From the human T2T-CHM13v2.0 reference genome, Homo sapiens, in assembly GCF_009914755.1 (NCBI RefSeq), contig NC_060935.1: a stretch of 64,000 nt of DNA. The stretch is one strand, 5' to 3'. The notes beneath the pieces were generated by a model. The model was given only the letters and a program-made list of their open reading frames with translations. It had not been told where the DNA came from and ran no database searches. Positions within the stretch are counted from its first letter, which is position 1. Every line of letters starts with the position of its first letter. Shown in pieces: positions 56,130-64,000 of the stretch. The translations under genes and the position numbers were made by a program.

Positions 56130-57310
56130 AATTGAACTAGAATAAAGATAGCAAGCGGAACTCGCACTATGGTCTTCCCTGAAACCAACTAAAACAACAC
56201 TAAAGGGATTTATCATAATATTGGAAACCAGACACAGCCAACAAAGAATGGTAATTGATTAAATCCTAAAAGGCAATAAAGAAAGTTGAAAATCAGCCCA
56301 ATTTACACTGTTAAACCCCCAAATGGTTCAGGAGTTGGTTGTACCAGGTACTTCTGGAAAGTGGGTGGGTCGGAGGTGGGCGGGGTGGAGGCTAAAAACA
56401 GAAAGATTGCTTGGAAAACAATCAGACTTCCAGATACTCTCTCTCCTGGCAAAATACTAATACTCCAGACAGGATACACAGAATGCTTCAGGCAGGAGAT
56501 TGGAGGAGCTTTTCTTTTGACTAGCACAAAATAAAAGACATGGAATGGCCCAATCATGTGCACAGCCCCAATCATGTTCAGAGGGTATCAAATCTGTTTT
56601 AGTGTCTCATTCTTAAATATGAGCAGACAGCAAAGGATGAGTAAGCATTTGAGAAAAGCCTCTAATTAAAAAAGAAGTCAAAAGAATAGGGGGAAACAAC
56701 AAAGGAACTTAGAAGCTGGCAACTATGCAAAAAGCTGAAAACTTAAAACTATAATTAACATCCTAAGAAATAAGATATTGCTGCAAAATGGGGAAATGTC
56801 TCCAAAATTCTGAAGAAAGTTATATTTCCATCCCAGAAAGTTATATTTCCACCCAGCCAACTGATGATCAAGGGTGAAGAGAGAATACATTTCTAGTCAT
56901 GTGAATTATCTTTGCATGTTTCCTGAGGAAGCTTCTGGAGGATGTGCTTCAACAGAAGTGAGGGAGTTAACCAAGAAAGAGGAAAACATGGCATCCAAGG
57001 AAAAGAAAATGTAACAAAGGATAGGGGCAAAGGAATCCCCAGGCCATTCTATTCTATTGTGCAATAGAAGACAATTCATCCTAATGGGACATGGTGGAAG
57101 ACTCTGGGAGGGACTTCTTCAGGAAGATGAAATCAGTAGACTAGCCAATGCATTTAAACATATTGAAAGGAGATATGCATAACCACAATTGTTATGCAGG
57201 GAAGGAAAAATAATTATAGAATACTACACGGCCCAGTTGTCAATAGCATTTACGTAGCCTAATAATGAAAACATGAATACTGTTCCAATCAAACTTGTGA
57301 TACTAGGTGG
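56130..57310 (+). mobile_element. HAL1 (half-L1) fragments
   Basis: aggaagcttctggaggatgtgcttcaac...gagggagttaaccaagaaagaggaaaacatgg...aaaggaatccccagg. Confidence 0.75.
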
Positions 57311-58319
57311 AAGTAGGGAGACACAAAATGTACATGTGAGTGTGGAGAAAGTAAGGGGAAAGAGAGAGAGAAAGAGAAAGAAACTGAAAAATCAAGAAGT
57401 AGTAGTATAAGCAAATAATTTAGAGTCAAAAGCAGTGACACAGAGAGACTGCTCAATAAAATATTTGCTGAATGCATGAATGGTCAACACCTAGTGAGGG
57501 CCAGGCACATATTTATTGAGCATAATAGTACTTAAGACTTACTGAACAGAAAGGGTCTTCTTCCTTAGAATCACCTTGGTCTGTGTTTGGGTACAAAGCA
57601 AGTCCTTGACAAATGTGCATTGCCTTGGTTGAGCGGATGTGGCCTCCTGGATTCCCAGCCTGTTGTGTGATTTTGAACAACTTTCATAGCCTTTCACAAA
57701 GGTGCCAGGGTTTCTCCATTATCAATAGGGAAAAAAACGGTCAGAGGATGCTTCCTGGGTCTCAGAGCTGTGACTTGAGAATTGAGTGGGGGAGAGGGGA
57801 TGGCAATGGTGATGCACAACATGCACCTGAGGATTCCTAGGTGTCCGGAAGACCTGCCCCTGGGGTGGGTGGGTGGAAGGGAAAAGTAATGGCTGATGAA
57901 AAGAGGCTGCGAGAGAGGCCTGAATGGGAGGAATGATTCATCCTCCAGCATCTCCCATCCAAAGCCACTCCTCCTCACTGCCCCTTGGCTCTGGCATCAA
58001 GCAGCCAACTCTGCTGAATCTGGAGGGGATGTTTTGGCCGGATTCTTCCTATCTCTTGAGATGGGGTGAAGTGGGCCCCTGGCCCACGTCTGCTTCCCTC
58101 TGGTTGGTGTGTCACAGAAGATAATGGCTCCAAGGGCTCCAGCAGCACTGCGTGGAACATTATTAGATCAGCTAGCCCAGAACATCTCCAAATTCTAGAT
58201 TTTACCAACTGGTAAAATTTAAATGAAGAGGAGGTGACCAGCGTAAAGTTACCAGCTTTTTTAGTTTGCTAAAAAAACCAAAACAAACAAAACAAAACAA
58301 ACAAACAAAAAACATTAGA

Positions 58320-58450
58320 AAAAGAACTATCATGATGTTCTGTGGTTCCATGGTGTGTTCACTTAGTGGTAAGGCATCAAGCTGTACATTTAGGAGTCTG
58401 ATTATTCTGAATACATATTAGACTTTGTGAAAAGTTTACTCGAAAAATAT
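58320..58450 (+). mobile_element. Old L1 (L1ME/MC-like) 3' end
   Basis: ggtgtgttcactt...catcaagctgtacattta. Confidence 0.6.
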
Positions 58451-58459
58451 CATGTACTA

Positions 58460-58770
<311 letters not shown>

Positions 58771-60315
58771 ACTGTCGTGTACTATTGCACCACTACTTCA
58801 TCTAAAATAAATTTTTGATGCCCAAAATGGGAAAAGCGTAATCTCAATAGAGTCCAGTTTGTCCTTATGAAAAGGCAGTGAACAGTGAATGGTAGGTGAA
58901 ATTACAATAGTATGCTTTACATGTGTGATAGTAACATTCTAGGGGAGAAAGCCAAAAGTGTCATTTCACAATATCACTCACACATTGGTTTTTGTCAATT
59001 GAGGGATTCAGATGTGAAGTGGAATCCTATATCTAGCTTGTTCTTAAGCTTTATCATAGTTGTTGAGAAAAATCCAGTTTCACTCGGTTATCTTAAGGGA
59101 AGTGGAAGCCACACCCAGTGTAGTTCCACTGAATTTCTAATGTTCTCTGACTTCTGAGAGAGGCTGAGAACAAAGACAGCAGCTGCCAGCCCCTGCTCTC
59201 CCTACCACTGGAAAGGCCAGAGGCCAGGTGAGGGGGACTCACAGCCATTGGGCACCCTGATCACCAGGCACAGAATAGTCAGATCTTTATTTGAAAGGGA
59301 TGCTATAGACCAAGACGACCCTGGCCAGTCCATCTGTAAGCACTTAGGGACCTTCTGTCAGTCTCCCTTTTATGAGAACTGAGGTCCGGAGTGAGGAGGT
59401 GATACATTCAAAGACACACAGCAAGTTAGTGAAGAGCTGGAGCTAGAACCTGGCCTGCCAGCCCTGTGTTCTCCCCATGCACCCTGGCTCAGGAGCTCCT
59501 GGTGGCCACCCTCCTTGACCTTGAAAACTGCTCACTGCCATGTTGGAGGTAAACTCTTCAGAGCTCCGGCTCTGGTGGCCAGAGCTGGGCTGGTGCTGGG
59601 CTGCAGGGAATCGAGTTACCTAGTTGGAGAGGATCCCTCAGGAGCCAGCCTCTCTCCAGTTGGCAAGAGGACAACTTGGCGAGGCTGGGCTCATAGAAGA
59701 TGCCAGAGCTGCTACAATGGAGGGCTTCAACCATCCAACACCTCCTTCAGGGCTGCTGTCACCAAACCCAAGCTGACACCCTGGCTCTGGGCAGAGGCTG
59801 GCGGGTGTGGGTGGAGGAGGGAAGGTTGTTAGGAAGGCTCTGCCAGGCGGAGGGAGGGGGTTGGCTTCTGCAAAATGGGCCTCTTTCCCGCCTGGTGGGC
59901 TTTGCTCACTCTTGCCTCCTTGCTGCTTCTCTCTCCTCATGGACACGCCCAGTTTCCTCCGATTGCACAAAGCCTCTTTGATGAATGATGCCACAAAGAG
60001 GCTGCTTCAGGGGACCCAGGGTTTGGCCCACTCTTTGGGCCTTCCCACCCAATCTGTGAAATGGCCAATTGTGAGTATATGAATATACTCAGCTCTGACA
60101 GGGAACCTTTCAGAGGAGCACCATGGTTAAGGAGCTCCCAAATGAGGGCATGGGCCCATAGCAGCCCAGGTGGCCCCATTCCTACCCTGAGTGGAGGGGT
60201 AGGGACCCTTAATTTCTGTAACACAAGTCAGAGACACTCAAAGCAGGAAGAAGTCTGGTCAACCATATGTTTCAGGTGCCTTGAAAGTCTCAATATTTGT
60301 TGAATGGGCGAATGA

Positions 60316-60641
<326 letters not shown>

Positions 60642-60994
60642 TAAAGAAAGATGCCACTGCTGAACAGTAAAATCAAAGACCTCATTTAACAGCCCTCATC
60701 TGACAGAAGAGAAACATGCCCGGTGAAGGGCCCTTCTTGCTGACATTTCCAAGTAACACAAGGGACCAGGCAGGCGTCCCAAGCCCAGGTGTCTGATGGC
60801 TGCTCTTCTGCTGAGTGAGAGTCCCCCAGGACCCCGCTCCAGGGCCTGGGCTCACTACTCCATAAGCAGCCCCACTGCTTGCCGGCAGATCTGCAGCTTC
60901 CGCAGACACTTCCAGCTTTCAGTTCCTTGAACATTCCTGTCATTCCTTGGGCAAACCCACTCTACTCCACATTTCTTTGAACTTCCCCGACTTC

Positions 60995-61450
60995 CCTGAC
61001 CCTCTGCGACTAGCTGTGTGACCCTGGGCAAGTTGCTCAACTTCTGCAAGCTTGAGCCTCCACATCATGAAAGCGAGAGAAGCATTACTGACCCCGAAGG
61101 GCTGCTGTGAGGCCCACAGCTCCAGCTGAGAAAGTGCATGATAAAGTCAACATGATGGGACCTTCACTCTGTGCCAGACATGTGCAAGACAGGGTTATGT
61201 CCTGCACAAAGCAGTGTAGGGGTTAAGCACAGATTAGATTCACAGGTGGGGCCAACCTGAGTTAGAATTCTAGCCCTACCACTGACTCACTGTGTAAACC
61301 TGGGCGAGTCCCCTTAGCCTTTCTAGGACTCTCTTTTCTTGTCTGTAAAATGGAGACAATAATACCTACTGTTGCTTAAAGGATGAAAAGGGAACCCCAT
61401 AAACGAAGTGCCCTGCCCAATGCCCAGCATACAGCAGGTGCTCAGTGAAG
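60995..61450 (+). mobile_element. Two MIR relics
   Basis: actagctgtgtgaccctgggcaagttgctcaac; ctgtaaaatggagacaataatacctac. Confidence 0.7.
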
Positions 61451-62838
61451 GGCCACCTCCACGCACCTCCTTCTCCATGAAGTCCCCAGCAGGCTGGTCC
61501 TGCAGGTCCCCCAGTGATCTAGAGTCCCAAGTGTGAGCACTGGCCCCTGCTGCTTTGTAAGTCCTCTGCCCAAAGCTGTGGAGTCCTACTTGGGTCTAAC
61601 TGGGAACACCAAAGTAAAGAGGAATGAGGGGGCCCCAGGATGGAGAGTTTGGAGTGGGGCTGCTGTGTAGGATGGCAGCCAGCAGGCCTGGCCCTGAACC
61701 CCAGGGCCACCACCTTTTTAAATCAGATCCTTCCCTCCAAGCAAGCAAACAATCTGGCTCTGGCGGAGGCCCTGGTCAAGCACAGCAGAACCTTTGTGAG
61801 CTCTTGACTCTCCCCCTGCCTCCCCACTTCATCCTTGTCATCGCCTGCAGGGAGCTCTGGGGGTGGTGCTTTGGGCAGGGGAGCAGCTGGTAGGCTGCTG
61901 GCTTAGCCTGATGTTAAAGGCCTGAGGGGCTGGTCTCACCCTCTAGCCACATCTCCCTCCAGCCCCCTCCTCCCCTCCCAGGCTGCCGCTTGGTCTTTGC
62001 AGGCATAGTTGTCTCTCCCTTTGATACTCTGGAGAGGTAGAACTGAAGTGGAGGCTAGGGCTGTGGAAGGGCAGGGAGAGGTCTTCGTTGCAAGAGAGGC
62101 CAGACTTGTCCTCACGCCCTTTGCTGTTCCTGGTGCGGAGCAATGCTTCACCTCCGCCCTGGCCAATTCTAAACCCTCAGACCCTAGTTTAAGTCTGTTG
62201 GCAGGGTAGCTGCAGCCCTGAGAGGTACTTTGCTCCTCCATACAAAGAGGTGAAACTCTCTAGACCCTCACAGGGCAGCTTTCTGTGCACCTCAGAGACT
62301 TGACGAGACTCCTGGGACTCCTGTCCTTGCCTTTCATGTGTGGCCATACCAGGTGCTTCATCACCACTCAGTAGAGCTTAGGCTCCAAGAACCTGCACTC
62401 TGAAACCTCTGTCTCTCCAAGATCTAACCTTGTACGAGTTATTGCTCAGAATCCTCCCGCTGCAGCCCGGACCCCTGGGTAGTCCCTCTTCATTCTTCAG
62501 GTCCAGCTGGGGAGGTGTCCCTGTAACACCTGCGCTTAGTACTGCCCTGCTTACCCATCACTGCCATGATGGCAGAGCCTCCGCCCGCCTCACTCACCGC
62601 TGGACCCCAGTGCCTGGGACAGGGCTGGGAACAAGGTAGGGGATCCAGAAACAAGTATTGTCTGCCTGGCCAAGGTCCCCCATCCCCTTCACTGTCAGCA
62701 CCTGGACCCACCTTCCCTTCACTGACAAGGTGAGCATTATTACATGAAAAAAAAAAAAAAAAAAAGTCAGTCAAGTAACAAATGGAGAAAACATTTGGAT
62801 GCAAGACACAAAATGCTAATTCCCCCTTGTTTTTGTAA

Positions 62839-63473
<635 letters not shown>

Positions 63474-63519
63474 CATATTCTTTATCAAATTGAAAAAAAC
63501 ATTTTACAGAAAAGAGGAA

Positions 63520-63569
63520 ACACACACATGATATATATATATACACACACATATAAATATATGTATATA
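63520..63569. repeat. (CA)n/(TA)n microsatellite at an Alu tail
   Basis: cacacacatgatatatatat... Confidence 0.85.
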
Positions 63570-63570
63570 A

Positions 63571-64000
63571 TTTTTTTTTTGAGACAGGGTCTCACTTTGT
63601 CACCCAGGCTGGAGTGCAGTGGAACAATCATGACTAATTGAAGCTTTGACTTTCCAGATTCAAGCAATCCTCCTGCCTCAGCCTCCCTAGTAGCTGGGAC
63701 TACAGGCATGTGCTACCACACCGGGTAGTTATTTTATTTTATTTTATTTTATTTTTGAGATGGAGTTTCGCTCTTGTCACTCAGGCTAGAGTGCAGTGAC
63801 ACAATCTCGGCTCACTGAAACCTCCACCTCCTGGGTTCAAGCGATTCTCCTGCCTCAGCCTCCTGAGTTGCTGGGATTACAGGTGCCCGCCACTACATCT
63901 GGCTAATTTTTGTATTTTTAGTAGGGACGGAGTTTTGCCATGTTGGCCAGGCTGGTCTTGAACTCCTGACCTCAAGTGATCCTCCTGCCTCCGCCTCCCA
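63571..64000 (-). mobile_element. AluJ right arm (63571-63727) followed by an AluSq-like element (63731 to window end)
   Basis: Two consecutive antisense Alu 3' ends; the second has gagtttcgctctt. Confidence 0.92.

Overview
Primate (very likely human) genomic DNA, GC-rich and repeat-dense. About 34 Alu copies or fragments, many MIR and L2 relics, MaLR and ERV1 LTRs (including a complete solo LTR8 with TSD), L1ME/HAL1/CR1 fragments and hAT/mariner DNA transposons. I can support no protein-coding gene, tRNA/rRNA or CRISPR array; the ORFs come from Alus, simple repeats or GC-rich chance. I cannot name the locus. Non-repeat signals are an orphan CpG island (~53.55-54.07 kb), a near-consensus CTCF site, several TF-motif clusters and two splice-signal candidates. 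The most unusual pattern is four clear and one probable short local templated duplications (about 70-250 bp, copied from about 1.2-1.7 kb away). They sit at junctions with microhomology and fold-back hairpins, which look like fossil template-switch repair scars (Pol theta end joining / MMBIR-like). This is a known class of event, not a demonstrated new system. Repeat subfamily calls are from recalled consensus sequences and boundaries are approximate.
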